Positions 1 to 8,657 of a DNA stretch of 64,000 nucleotides are shown one piece after another. Under the pieces are notes generated by a model. That model had not been told where the DNA came from. It saw only the letters and a program-made list of their open reading frames with translations, and did no database searches. The DNA is taken from contig CALSNU010000006.1 of the NCBI GenBank assembly GCA_943787795.1, positions 64,001 to 128,000 of the forward strand. Direction: 5' to 3'. The DNA is from an uncultured bacterium (GTDB taxonomy: Bacteria; Planctomycetota; UBA1135; GCA-002686595). The stretch's first letter is position 1. Every line of letters starts with the position of its first letter. Both the position numbers and the translations under genes were made by a program.

Positions 1-98
1 GGGGCCGGTCCGGTCGCGCCGCAGGCGGTGAGGCCCACGCTGAGCAGGAGGGTGAAGCGTGAGCGTGGGGCGGCCCGTGCCGTGGGGTTGAGGGGTCA

Positions 99-563
99 TC
101 ATCGTGGTTGTTCCTGGGGGGCGAGGGCGCGCGCAGCCTCCACGGCAGCGCGCAGCTCCTGGGGCATCCTGGTCCCCACGCGAAACCGCTTGCCGCCGAC
201 CAGGTCGAGCTCCACGGCGCCGAGGCCGTCGAGGTTCCACATCCACCCGAACGGGGTGAGGCGGATCCCGAACCCGTACCACCAGCGATTGCGCACGACC
301 CGCTGGTCGAGGATGCGCTCCAGCGCGATCGTTCTCCGGGGCCAGCCGGAGCCGTAGAACACGTGGACGCCCCGGTCTCCCACCGCGACGGTCAGGGATC
401 GAAAGACGAATCCCAGGCCGAAGGTCGCGGCGGAGATGCCGGCGGCGGCCCCGCTGGCTCGGCCGACCAAGGCGAAGCAGAGAACGAGGGCCACAAGGAA
501 GATCGCCTTGAGCCAGAGCCCCGCGGGCTGGGTGTCCCTGAAGGACTTGGAGGTGGGCTGCAT
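99..563 (-). CDS. Hypothetical membrane protein (two TM helices plus a conserved-looking soluble domain)
   Basis: C-terminal part of ORF 99..1253 from ATG 563 (MQPTSKSFRDTQ). Two hydrophobic segments, then RNRWWYGFGIRLTPFGWMWN...GKRFRVGT. The N-terminal extension of the long ORF is antisense to the 813 gene. Confidence 0.7.
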   Translation of the reverse strand: MQPTSKSFRDTQPAGLWLKAIFLVALVLCFALVGRASGAAAGISAATFGLGFVFRSLTVAVGDRGVHVFYGSGWPRRTIALERILDQRVVRNRWWYGFGIRLTPFGWMWNLDGLGAVELDLVGGKRFRVGTRMPQELRAAVEAARALAPQEQPR

Positions 564-812
564 GCGGTCGAGCCTAGCAGCACGGAGCCCGATTCGTCCC
601 CGGGGTGGGGGCAGGTGGCGCTGCCCTCGCGGGCTTCGCTTCAGGCAGCGCCGAGGGGGCTCTCGATCCCGGCGACGCGGCCAGGCCATTGAGCGCGACC
701 TGACGTGCTGCGAGGGGTGGGGCGGATGAAACCGCCTACGGGGTCGTTCGTCGAGGTCGCAGAGGCGTCGGCTGTTCGGCGCCCACACAGGATTCATCGA
801 GGAGGTACGAGG

Positions 813-1790
813 ATGGCGAGCATGTTTGGAGCGGGGCTGAGGCTGGCCCCTGTGGTTGCAGTGATTGCAGCGCTGGTGACGGTGGGGTGTCGCGGTACCG
901 AGGAGGGCAAGATCGGGATCTCCGTCGTCAAGAATGTGCCGGGGATCGGGCCGGTGGAGTTGGGCTTCAAGGGCGGCTGGAAGGCGGAGTTTGGCAACGA
1001 GGAGTTGTGTGGTTGCGTCATCTTCCTGGGGCCGGATGGGAATCCCCTCAAGGGTGCGGCGGTCGGTGAGATCAAGAACGGCCGGGGGGGCGGTCCGATT
1101 CCCGAGGGGGCGACCGGCTGGCGAGCACTCGTCACGGACGAGGACTGCGACCGCTTGGACTGCTCCACCGCTCCCGGGCTGCTGGGGGCGCCGGGTGCCT
1201 CCCTGTCGGGAGCTGCTGCGTGGCTGGCGGCGCCAACGGGACCTCAGAAGCACTATGTCCTCCTCAGCTCACGCCTCCTTGACGACGATGCCCTGGTCCG
1301 GGTTTCGGACCTTGGGACCTGGCAGCGGGCCTCTTTCCAGGACATGAGCGCGACGGTGATCGCTCCCGACGGAGTCCTCGCCTGGTCGCTCCTGGAGCTC
1401 TGCCTTGACGCAGGGCCCGCCGCGGCTCTCTCTGCAAGTCAGCGGGCGGTCCTGAGCGACCGAGTGACCGTCCATGAGGCCCTCCGGATTGGCTTGGACG
1501 GTCCCGCGCAGGCGCCTGTCGGGTTCGTAGGTGAGGTGGTCCGGACCGGCGGTGTGTTCGGAGCCCAGGTTCTGGTCAATGGCCACAGGGCGTTCTCCGG
1601 GGTCTCCGGATCCACGGGGCTCCCTGGAGCGCTGCCGACGGCCTCATTCGACGTTGAGCTTGGCCTGGTGGACTTCGACCCGTTCCTGGCACGGCGGTCG
1701 GTCAATGAGATGACGGTCCGCTGCAAGGATGCCGGGCAACTGATGTCCACGAGCCGCTTGAAGGTGACCTTTGAGCCAACGGATGGGTAG
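813..1790 (+). CDS. Hypothetical lipoprotein
   Basis: GGAGG at 801-805 before ATG 813; hydrophobic signal ending in lipobox VTVG-C; LCGC and CDRLDC Cys motifs; no family recognised. Confidence 0.65.
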   Translation: MASMFGAGLRLAPVVAVIAALVTVGCRGTEEGKIGISVVKNVPGIGPVELGFKGGWKAEFGNEELCGCVIFLGPDGNPLKGAAVGEIKNGRGGGPIPEGATGWRALVTDEDCDRLDCSTAPGLLGAPGASLSGAAAWLAAPTGPQKHYVLLSSRLLDDDALVRVSDLGTWQRASFQDMSATVIAPDGVLAWSLLELCLDAGPAAALSASQRAVLSDRVTVHEALRIGLDGPAQAPVGFVGEVVRTGGVFGAQVLVNGHRAFSGVSGSTGLPGALPTASFDVELGLVDFDPFLARRSVNEMTVRCKDAGQLMSTSRLKVTFEPTDG

Positions 1791-2325
1791 AAGGGCTCAT
1801 TGGCTGCTGGCGGCGGGGGTGGCAGTCCTCGCCGCCGGCTGTTCTTCCGACCTCGCCTGGTTGGAGCCGTCGATACCGCTGGTCGAGTCCATGGACTCCC
1901 AGGTGGCGTGGGCCCACGGTGTGGAGCCCTTGGGGAAGATCCAGATCAGCCTGATGGAGCCGTGTCCCACCCGGATGGCGAAGGCCATCAAGCCTGGGTT
2001 GATCCTGTTGAGCCCCAGGCTCCAGTTGATGCCACGGAGCGTGACGCTCTGGGCGGTGACCCATGAGCTGGCTCACCTCTACGGGACTCGACTTGATCTC
2101 CCCTGGCCCGTCTCCATCTTCCGGCTCCCCCTTGAGGAGGTGCGGGTGGAACTTCTCACCGGGGATCTGCTCCCTTACCTGGAGCCCGCCGCTCGGCGGG
2201 TTCGGTTTGGCCTGGTGCGCTGGATGGTCGACCAGGTTCACGCGGCGCGGGGTGCTCAGCCGATCAAGCCGTTGAGGGCCGGCTCGCGTCCCCTGCGCTC
2301 TCTTTGGAGCTCCGAGCGTCCCTGA
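1783..2325 (+). CDS. Putative lipoprotein zinc metallopeptidase (HExxH)
   Basis: ATG 1783 overlaps the end of the upstream gene; lipobox LAAG-C; AVTHELAHLY zincin motif with a candidate downstream Glu ligand (LEEVRVE). Confidence 0.6.
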   Translation: MGRRAHWLLAAGVAVLAAGCSSDLAWLEPSIPLVESMDSQVAWAHGVEPLGKIQISLMEPCPTRMAKAIKPGLILLSPRLQLMPRSVTLWAVTHELAHLYGTRLDLPWPVSIFRLPLEEVRVELLTGDLLPYLEPAARRVRFGLVRWMVDQVHAARGAQPIKPLRAGSRPLRSLWSSERP

Positions 2326-2620
2326 GCACCCTCTCCAACTCATTGAGGTATCTCATGAAGGAGCGCCTGCCATGGGCAGAGAGGGTCAGGTGTGTATTCG
2401 AGCCGCGACCACTGCCCGTGCGCCTGGCCTTGAGCAGGTTGGCCTCCTCGAGGACCTTGATGTGTCGACTGAGGTTTCCGTCGGTCAGGCCGCACAGGGA
2501 GCGGAGCTCGGAGAATGATCGACCTGCGCTCTCGCTGGAGAGGGCCGTCAGGATCGACAGCCGCGCTCGCTCGTGGAGGAGGCGGTCAAGGCCGTCGTAG
2601 CTGTAGTCGCGGTCAGTCAT
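2264..2620 (-). CDS. Winged-helix transcriptional regulator (MarR/ArsR-like)
   Basis: LDRLLHERARLSILTAL...SFSELRSLCGLTDGNLSRHIKVLEEA pattern. Confidence 0.85.
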   Translation of the reverse strand: MTDRDYSYDGLDRLLHERARLSILTALSSESAGRSFSELRSLCGLTDGNLSRHIKVLEEANLLKARRTGSGRGSNTHLTLSAHGRRSFMRYLNELERVLRDARSSKESAGDASRPSTA

Positions 2621-3248
2621 CGAGGGTGCTCGGTCGGTTTGAGGTGGAGCGCTCGTCGTGGGCCGGAGCGACCTGTATCTCTCGCAGGATCGCCGCCGCG
2701 ACCAGCTGCCCTCCGCAGAACGTCAGGCCCATCGGCCACGGGGAGCTTAGGCCCACGTGGGCAGCGTGGGCCATCACGCCACCTGCCGCGACGTAGAAGA
2801 GCCCGAGGAGCCGGATATGCCCCGGGAGGTACGGTGCGGAGGACAGCAGCCCGACGCCGAAGAGCATGGTCCAAATCCCCGGCAGGAGCTCCGCTTGGCC
2901 CCAGAGTAGGGGAGCGATGGCGACGCCAACGCCAAGGGCGGGCACGAGCTGCTGGGTGGCGAGCTTCGCCGATGGCCGCGGGAGCGTTCGCCATCGAAGG
3001 CCGAGGTCGACGAGTGAGGCGAGGGCACAGACGAAGGCGACCCCGAGCCAGATCAGCGCGTGGGTCTGGGGCCCGATGGCCTCCCAAGCCGCCCACTCGG
3101 CAGCTGCCGTGCCGAACGCCAACGCTGCCTGCCCCACGGCGATCTCGGCGCGGTAGCCCCTGAAGAAGGAGGATCGGGCGACCTGGGCGTGGATATCCGC
3201 CACCCGCCGAAGGGCGTCCTCCACCTCGAACTCGGAGCTCCCTCCCAT
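2613..3248 (-). CDS. Multi-pass membrane protein coupled to the wHTH regulator
   Basis: About six hydrophobic segments after an amphipathic N-terminal helix (EDALRRVADIHAQVARSS); stop overlaps the regulator start; start inferred at ATG 3248. Confidence 0.75.
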   Translation of the reverse strand: MGGSSEFEVEDALRRVADIHAQVARSSFFRGYRAEIAVGQAALAFGTAAAEWAAWEAIGPQTHALIWLGVAFVCALASLVDLGLRWRTLPRPSAKLATQQLVPALGVGVAIAPLLWGQAELLPGIWTMLFGVGLLSSAPYLPGHIRLLGLFYVAAGGVMAHAAHVGLSSPWPMGLTFCGGQLVAAAILREIQVAPAHDERSTSNRPSTLDD

Positions 3249-3482
3249 GGTGAGCACGTTCACGGTTCGACGTGGAAGTGTCAAGGGTCCGGAGCCGGGG
3301 CGGCGCGATGTCCCTGACGGCCATGTCCGGTTTCGAGTCCCGGGGACCGGGTGGGCGTCGATGAAGCAGGGCCCCCTCTTCCACGGCCAGCAGGCGAGGC
3401 CCTGACTCTCGAAGGTCGAGCGCTGCGGGGCTCCATGATCGCGGCGCGCAGGTGAACCGGCCTCCTCAGGCGCTGCGGTCCA

Positions 3483-4943
3483 TCAACGGTCGAGCTCGCC
3501 GGACCCGGCCTGCGATGGAGCCTGCGCTGGAGCCCCCGCTGGAGCCCCCGCTGGAGCCCCCGCTGGAGCCTGCCGGTCTCCGGTCTGCTGCGCACCCGCC
3601 CGTCTAGCGCCCGGTGGGGCTCCGCCCAGGAAGACGCCCACGAGCTCCCGGTCGCCGCGCAGGACGAGGGTGCCGTTCCACCCGGCGATCCTTCCCCACA
3701 TGCGCTTGCGCTCCTTGGGCGGGCTCTCGAAGACGTTGGCGGTGACCACCTGTTGGTAGCGATCAGGAGAGGCGACGCAGAGGCGGAGGATGCCGCTCAT
3801 GCCGTCCTGGATCAGCAGGTAGGGGCCCACCTGGATCATGTGTCCGCGTCCGAAGTAGGGGTCGCGCCCCGTGGACCATTGCTCCTCGCCCTCGAGATCA
3901 AAGCAGCGCAGCCCACCCTGTCCGCGCCGGAGACGGGAGACGTTGGTGTTCTCGTTGGCGAGGAGGTAGATGTGCTCACCGACGACCACGGGTGGGTGAA
4001 GCTGGGACCCCTTCTCGATGTGGAAGTCCTCGGAGACCTGGAACTCCCCTGCGTTCGAGCGTCCGAGGTTCATCAGGGTCGTGCCCCCCGCGTAGCCCCC
4101 CGTGATCACGAAGCGGGTCTCGTCCACGGCGACGGGCGGCGGCACTGGCACGTTGGTGAGCAGCGTCTGGCGCTGCCATCGAAGGGTGCCGGTGCGCGGG
4201 TTAAAGGCGCTGATGAGGACCGGCGCCGGGGAGTTCTCACCTGCGCCCTGGGCGTCGCAGGAGATGAACAGGAGAAACTCCTCGCCGCGCAGCGTCATCA
4301 GCACGGGTTGTGACTGGCTGGTGCCGACGCCGGGGGTCCTCCAGCGCACCTCGCCTGTGCCCTGGTCGAGCGCGACGAGCCCGGTCGACTCCCCGAGCGC
4401 TGGCAGGATGACCAGGTCGCCGGAAAGCAGCGGGTCGGCGGAGTACCCGAAGTCGGGCATCTCGCCGCCGAGGTCGTCGACCAGGTGCCGCCTCCATGTG
4501 GCGGTACGCGTGGCGCGGTCCACGCAGTGCACCGTCCCGAAGCCGCTACACAGGAACACCGACCGCTCGCTGACGGCGGGGGCGGTCCGCGACCCTGCGG
4601 ATTGGAGCCGCCCGGGCTCGGGATAGGTGAACGTCCACAAGGGGGCTCCGTCCAGGATGTCGATCACGCGCAGGGTCTCCCCGACACCGATCTCGCGGTC
4701 CAGCACATAAGCCTCTCGATCGAAGACCACCGCGCTGCCATATCCGGGCTCCAGGGGGACGCTCCAGGCGGCGGAGAGGTCGGCGCTGGCGCGTCCGTAA
4801 CCCTCCGTCAACGACTGGTCTTCCACGTAGTCCGCTTCAGGCGGTGCCAGGAACTCGAGGATCTCCCGCCGGTGCGGCCAGGCCAGGCTGATTCCGAGGA
4901 TCGAGAGCGCCAGGAGCGCGAGGGTTCGTCGTCGAGCGATCAT
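3483..4943 (-). CDS. PQQ-like beta-propeller repeat protein (BamB-like family)
   Basis: From MIARRRTLALLALSILG; repeated blade motifs (GTVHCVDRATRTATWR, LVALDQGTGEVRWR, ISAFNPRTGTLRWQ). Confidence 0.8.
   Translation of the reverse strand: MIARRRTLALLALSILGISLAWPHRREILEFLAPPEADYVEDQSLTEGYGRASADLSAAWSVPLEPGYGSAVVFDREAYVLDREIGVGETLRVIDILDGAPLWTFTYPEPGRLQSAGSRTAPAVSERSVFLCSGFGTVHCVDRATRTATWRRHLVDDLGGEMPDFGYSADPLLSGDLVILPALGESTGLVALDQGTGEVRWRTPGVGTSQSQPVLMTLRGEEFLLFISCDAQGAGENSPAPVLISAFNPRTGTLRWQRQTLLTNVPVPPPVAVDETRFVITGGYAGGTTLMNLGRSNAGEFQVSEDFHIEKGSQLHPPVVVGEHIYLLANENTNVSRLRRGQGGLRCFDLEGEEQWSTGRDPYFGRGHMIQVGPYLLIQDGMSGILRLCVASPDRYQQVVTANVFESPPKERKRMWGRIAGWNGTLVLRGDRELVGVFLGGAPPGARRAGAQQTGDRQAPAGAPAGAPAGAPAQAPSQAGSGELDR
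3514..3573. repeat. 12-bp coding tandem repeat (5 units, encoding APAG/APAQ tail)
   Basis: GCTGGAGCCCCC x3 flanked by GATGGAGCCTGC and GCTGGAGCCTGC. Confidence 0.85.
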
Positions 4944-5150
4944 GAAGGTGCGGATTGGCCGGTGCCTATCGTAGACGGATCGCTCAACACGCCAAAGGCT
5001 GGGGCGACTTCCGGTGGGGGAGGTTCTGAAAGACGCCTGGGGGCGCCGGGTCGGGCGCGCGCGCTTTTGCATGGCTGGCTCTGAGATCGACGCTACGCTC
5101 GACGTGTACGAGAAGAGCCACTTGCCCCGTCGCAGCGCGACCGAATTTCC

Positions 5151-5768
5151 ATGAGACGAACCCTCTTCGCCGCCGTCTTCACGGCGCTCTCGGCCCTCCC
5201 GCTCTTCGCGAGCGGCGACTTCCCACGCGAGAACCCCAACCCCGCGAAGGAGGCGCTCGAGGGCCACGCTCCCCCCGAGCTCCAGGTGGACGGTTGGATG
5301 AACACCGGGGGCGCGCCAATGGACTGGGCCTCCCTCGAAGGGAAGGTCGTGGTCCTCGACTTCTGGGGCACCTGGTGAGGCCCCTGTCGTGGTGCGGTGC
5401 CGGGTCTGAAGGACCTGGCGGCGCGCTACGGGGACCAGGGTCTGGTCCTGATCGGGGTGCACACGGCGAACGGCGGCGAGCGGATGGCCGCCTTCGTCGA
5501 GGAGCAGGGGATCGACTACCCCGTAGCGATCGACCGCCCGGGGAAGCCCACGGTGAGCGCCTTCGCGGTGGACTCCTTTCCTGACTACTACGTGGTGGAT
5601 CGCGCGGGCAAGGTCCGGGTCGCGGACCTCCAGAACGGGGCGCTCGAAGCCACGGTCCAGGCGCTCCTCGCCGAGCCCGCGCCCGTCAACCCTTCCGGCG
5701 GAGTTGATCGAAGCCGCCGAGCGCGCGGTTCGCAAGGACAAGAGGCTGCTGGTGCTCTTCGGGAGTGA
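5151..5768 (+). CDS. TlpA/ResA-like thioredoxin-fold selenoprotein, N-terminal part (Sec TGA 5376-5378, UGPC); probably continuous with 5692..6462
   Basis: Signal peptide MRRTLFAAVFTALSALPLFA; SLEGKVVVLDFWGTW-TGA-GPCRGAVPGLKDL reads through in frame into ORF 5397..5768 (LIGVH, IDYPVAID, FPDYYVVDRAGKVR), giving a complete TlpA fold. Confidence 0.9.
5391..5427 (+). promoter_or_regulatory. Candidate bacterial SECIS element 1
   Basis: Stem GCCGGGTC/GACCTGGC (5399-5406 with 5412-5419), loop TGAAG with G at position 2, 28 nt between the TGA and the loop; pairing extends to 5391/5427 with one mismatch. Confidence 0.7.
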
Positions 5769-6462
5769 CGGTGATCGGGCCGCCTTCAACAAGGTGTCGC
5801 GGCTTGATCGGGCTCTGCGCCGGGAGATCAGCAACGAGTACGAGGCGGTCTCCGCTCCCCTGGGCGGGTCGCTCGCAGCGGCGCTCGGCGTGACCGCAAC
5901 GGAGCCCACTGCCCTGGCGCTGGACGCTGGCGGCGTCCCCCTGGGATCCATCGCCATGGACGGGCTTGACCGGGAGCGCATGTGGGCCTTCGCGCGGGAG
6001 CACAAGGTGGCGAGCGCGGACGCGGAGGTGATCCTCGCAGGCGCCCTCGCCCAGGCGACTCAGCAGAAGAAGCGCGTCCTGGTTCACCTCGGCGCTCCCT
6101 GGTGAGGCTGGTGCTTCAAGCTCGAGGAGTTCCTCGGGCGCCAGGGGGTCAAGGATCCCATGGAGCGTGACTACGTCACGATCAAGATCGACGTGGAGCG
6201 GAACGCGAACGGCGCCGCCGTGGCCAAGCGCCTTCGCGGAGAGCGGAGCGGGGGCATCCCGTGGATGGTCATCCTTGACGCCGATGGGAAGGAGCTGGTC
6301 TCCAGCGACGCGCCCACCGGAAATATCGGCTGCCCGGTCCAGCCCGAGGAGGTGGCCTGGTTTGGTGAGATGGTTCAGCGGAGCAGCATTCGCCTGGGGG
6401 ATGACGACGTCGCGGGCATCCTGGTGGAGCTCGAGGCTTACGCGAAGACCCAGCGGCGCTGA
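5692..6462 (+). CDS. Thioredoxin-like selenoprotein, C-terminal part (motif-less Trx-like domain plus Trx domain with Sec TGA 6103-6105, UGWC)
   Basis: AAERAVRKDKRLLVLFG domain, then ALAQATQQKKRVLVHLGAPW-TGA-GWCFKLEEFL in frame with ORF 6160..6462 (GIPWMVILDADGK, GNIGCP). It lies +1 relative to the upstream part, with no well-spaced RBS before TTG 5704. Confidence 0.85.
6120..6139 (+). promoter_or_regulatory. Candidate bacterial SECIS element 2
   Basis: Stem GCTCGAGG/CCTCGGGC (8 bp, one G-U), loop AGTT with G at position 2, 22 nt between TGA 6103-6105 and the loop. Confidence 0.7.
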
Positions 6463-6568
6463 GCTCGTGGGCAGGGGCGTCTCGCGGCTGGAGAGGCGGC
6501 GCGGGCCGCGGCACTGAAGGGCCCGGTGACGTCCGCTGGAGCTTCGGGGCGCGCGTGGAGGAGGCAAA

Positions 6569-6600
6569 CGGCGGAGCGGCGCTGAGGCGCCGCTCCGCCG
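6569..6600. terminator. Perfect 14-bp stem-loop between the selenoprotein and sulfatase genes (terminator or mRNA stabiliser)
   Basis: CGGCGGAGCGGCGC-TGAG-GCGCCGCTCCGCCG; no U-tract. Confidence 0.45.
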
Positions 6601-6622
6601 CGGGCCCCTGTAGGCTCTGGGG

Positions 6623-8062
6623 ATGTTCAGTCTGATCTTCGCGGCGTGCATCGCCCCCGGCCTCGGCCCCTTGACCGCAGCGGCAGCGGCAGCGCCTCTG
6701 CCGGCGACGCGGATGGTCCAGGAGGACGGCACACCTGGGGCGACAGGGGGCCGGCCTCCCAGCCTTGTGGTGGTGCTCGCGGATGACCTCGGCTGGGGGG
6801 ACATCGGGTGTCAGGGGCAGGAGAAGATCCTGACGCCGTGGATCGACCGCATGGCGGCGGAGGGCATGCGCTTCTCCGCGGGCTACGCTGGCTCGACGGT
6901 CTGTGCGCCCAGCCGCTCGGTGCTCATGACGGGGATGCACGCCGGCCACACGCGGGTGCGCGGGAATCGTCGGGTCCCCTTGCGCGATGAGGACGTCACG
7001 GTGGCGGAGGTGCTCAAGGGCCAGGGCTATCGCACCGCCCTCTTCGGGAAGTGGGGGCTTGGCAACGCCGGGAGCAGCGGGCACCCGGTACGCCAGGGCT
7101 TCGAGCGCTTCTTTGGCTTCTCCGATCAGCTCCACGCCCACAACTCCTACCCGACGCACCTCTGGGACGGGGAGCAGCGAGTGGAGCTCTCGAACGTCGT
7201 CCCAGGCGAGGGGAAGTGGGGCCAGGGCAAGGCCAGTGAGCGTCATGACTGGGCCCCCGCGCGGATTCACCGGGAGGCCATGGGGTGGCTCCGCAGCATC
7301 TCGGATGACGAGCCCTTCTTCCTGTACCTCGCCAGCACGATCCCACACGCCAACAACGAGGCCGGGTCGGACGGCATGGAGGTGCCGGAGCTGGGGGTGT
7401 ACGCCGACCGGCCCTGGCCCAGGCGTCAGCGAGAGCACGCGGCGATGGTGTCTGCGCTCGATCGCCAGGTCGGCGAACTGCTCGAGACGCTCGCTTCAAT
7501 GGGGCGCGACGAGGACACGCTGGTGATCTTCCTCTCCGATAACGGACCCCACCGTGAGGGCGGTAACGACCCTGACTTCGCTGACTCCAACGGGCCCTAC
7601 CGTGGGATCAAGCGTGCCCTCACGGAGGGCGGGATCCGGGTGCCCTTCATCGCGCGTTGGCCAGGCACGGTCGAGGCTGGGGTCGTGAATGACAGCCCGG
7701 TGCACTTCCAGGATCTGTTCGCCACGGCTGGGGCGCTGGCCGGCGCCGAGGTGCCCGCGGGGCTCGACTCACGGGACCTCCTGCCCACGCTCAGGGGCGC
7801 CAGTCCACCGCCGTCGACGCCCCTGTACTGGGAGTTCCACGAGCGTGGTTCAGCCGAGGCCGTGCGCTTCGGAAGGTGGAAGGCGATCCGCTCGCCGATG
7901 CAGACGGGCTCCATTCGCCTCTTTGATCTCACGGACGACCCAGGTGAGGACCGAGACCTCGCCCTGGGGCCAGACTACACGGAGCGGGTGCAGGAGGCGG
8001 CGCGCTACATGGACGCCGCCCACCTCCCCTCAGCCGAGTTCAAGACCCCGGCTGAGCGCTGA
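6623..8062 (+). CDS. Formylglycine-dependent sulfatase (S1 family)
   Basis: LADDLGWGD, VCAPSRSVLMTG (CxPSR), GYRTALFGKWGLG, SDNG, EGGIRVP. Confidence 0.92.
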   Translation: MFSLIFAACIAPGLGPLTAAAAAAPLPATRMVQEDGTPGATGGRPPSLVVVLADDLGWGDIGCQGQEKILTPWIDRMAAEGMRFSAGYAGSTVCAPSRSVLMTGMHAGHTRVRGNRRVPLRDEDVTVAEVLKGQGYRTALFGKWGLGNAGSSGHPVRQGFERFFGFSDQLHAHNSYPTHLWDGEQRVELSNVVPGEGKWGQGKASERHDWAPARIHREAMGWLRSISDDEPFFLYLASTIPHANNEAGSDGMEVPELGVYADRPWPRRQREHAAMVSALDRQVGELLETLASMGRDEDTLVIFLSDNGPHREGGNDPDFADSNGPYRGIKRALTEGGIRVPFIARWPGTVEAGVVNDSPVHFQDLFATAGALAGAEVPAGLDSRDLLPTLRGASPPPSTPLYWEFHERGSAEAVRFGRWKAIRSPMQTGSIRLFDLTDDPGEDRDLALGPDYTERVQEAARYMDAAHLPSAEFKTPAER

Positions 8063-8080
8063 CCCCACCGCGCTCGCTCC

Positions 8081-8563
8081 TCAGAGGGTCGCGATGGAGG
8101 TCGCCGAGAGGCGTGCGTTCCCGGCGGCGTCCGTGTGGAGCGTGCCCTTCACGCAGACCGCGGTGAGGTGGTCAAGACCGTGGGCCCCCTTGAGGCCCCA
8201 GGGGGCGGGGAAGTCCCCCTCGAGGAACTCGACGTTGATGGTCGCGGCCGCGACGTCCGTGGGGTCCTCGCAGCAGAAGTCCCAGGGCTCAGGGCACTGG
8301 TCGGTGCACGGCGCGAGTGAGTTGTCCACGAGGCGGAAGGTGGCCAGGTCGCCAAAGTCCTGGAGCTGGCCCTTCACGACGACGACCTCGCCACTTGGGG
8401 ACCGCTTGGCCTGCAGGACGTCCACGGCGCCGCTCATTGGCGCAGCCGCCCAGAGGGATTCGGGCATGGCGGAGGTCTCTTCGGCGGCGGCGGGGGCCTC
8501 CGATGAGCAGCTGGCGGTGGCGACGAGGAGGGCGAGGGCGGCGGTGGCTTGGAGGAGGTTCAT
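8081..8563 (-). CDS. Lipoprotein with CxxxCPxPWDxCC motif, last gene of the export operon
   Basis: Lipobox ATAS-C; CTDQCPEPWDFCCED; beta-rich segments (VVVVKGQL, VCVKGTL) resembling an OB fold. Confidence 0.75.
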   Translation of the reverse strand: MNLLQATAALALLVATASCSSEAPAAAEETSAMPESLWAAAPMSGAVDVLQAKRSPSGEVVVVKGQLQDFGDLATFRLVDNSLAPCTDQCPEPWDFCCEDPTDVAAATINVEFLEGDFPAPWGLKGAHGLDHLTAVCVKGTLHTDAAGNARLSATSIATL

Positions 8564-8657
8564 GACGTTCTGGGTGTTGGCCCGCTGGGGGCGCTTGGGG
8601 ACGAGAGGCAAGTGAGTGACGAGGGGCCGGGGAGCGACCTCACGGCCGCTCTCGCCA

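Noticed and set aside
3326..3345. tRNA T-arm-like sequence CCGGTTTCGAGTCCCGG
   Set aside because: The stem is imperfect, and no D-arm, anticodon arm or acceptor stem could be built around it.
4944..6005. N-terminal 354 aa of the 840-aa minus-strand ORF 3483..6005
   Set aside because: It is the antisense shadow of the selenoprotein gene; the propeller protein has its own signal-anchor start at 4943.
5376..6105. Reading the two TGAs as nonsense mutations in a pseudogene
   Set aside because: Both fall exactly on the catalytic Cys column and both are followed by SECIS-like hairpins; two such chance hits are implausible.
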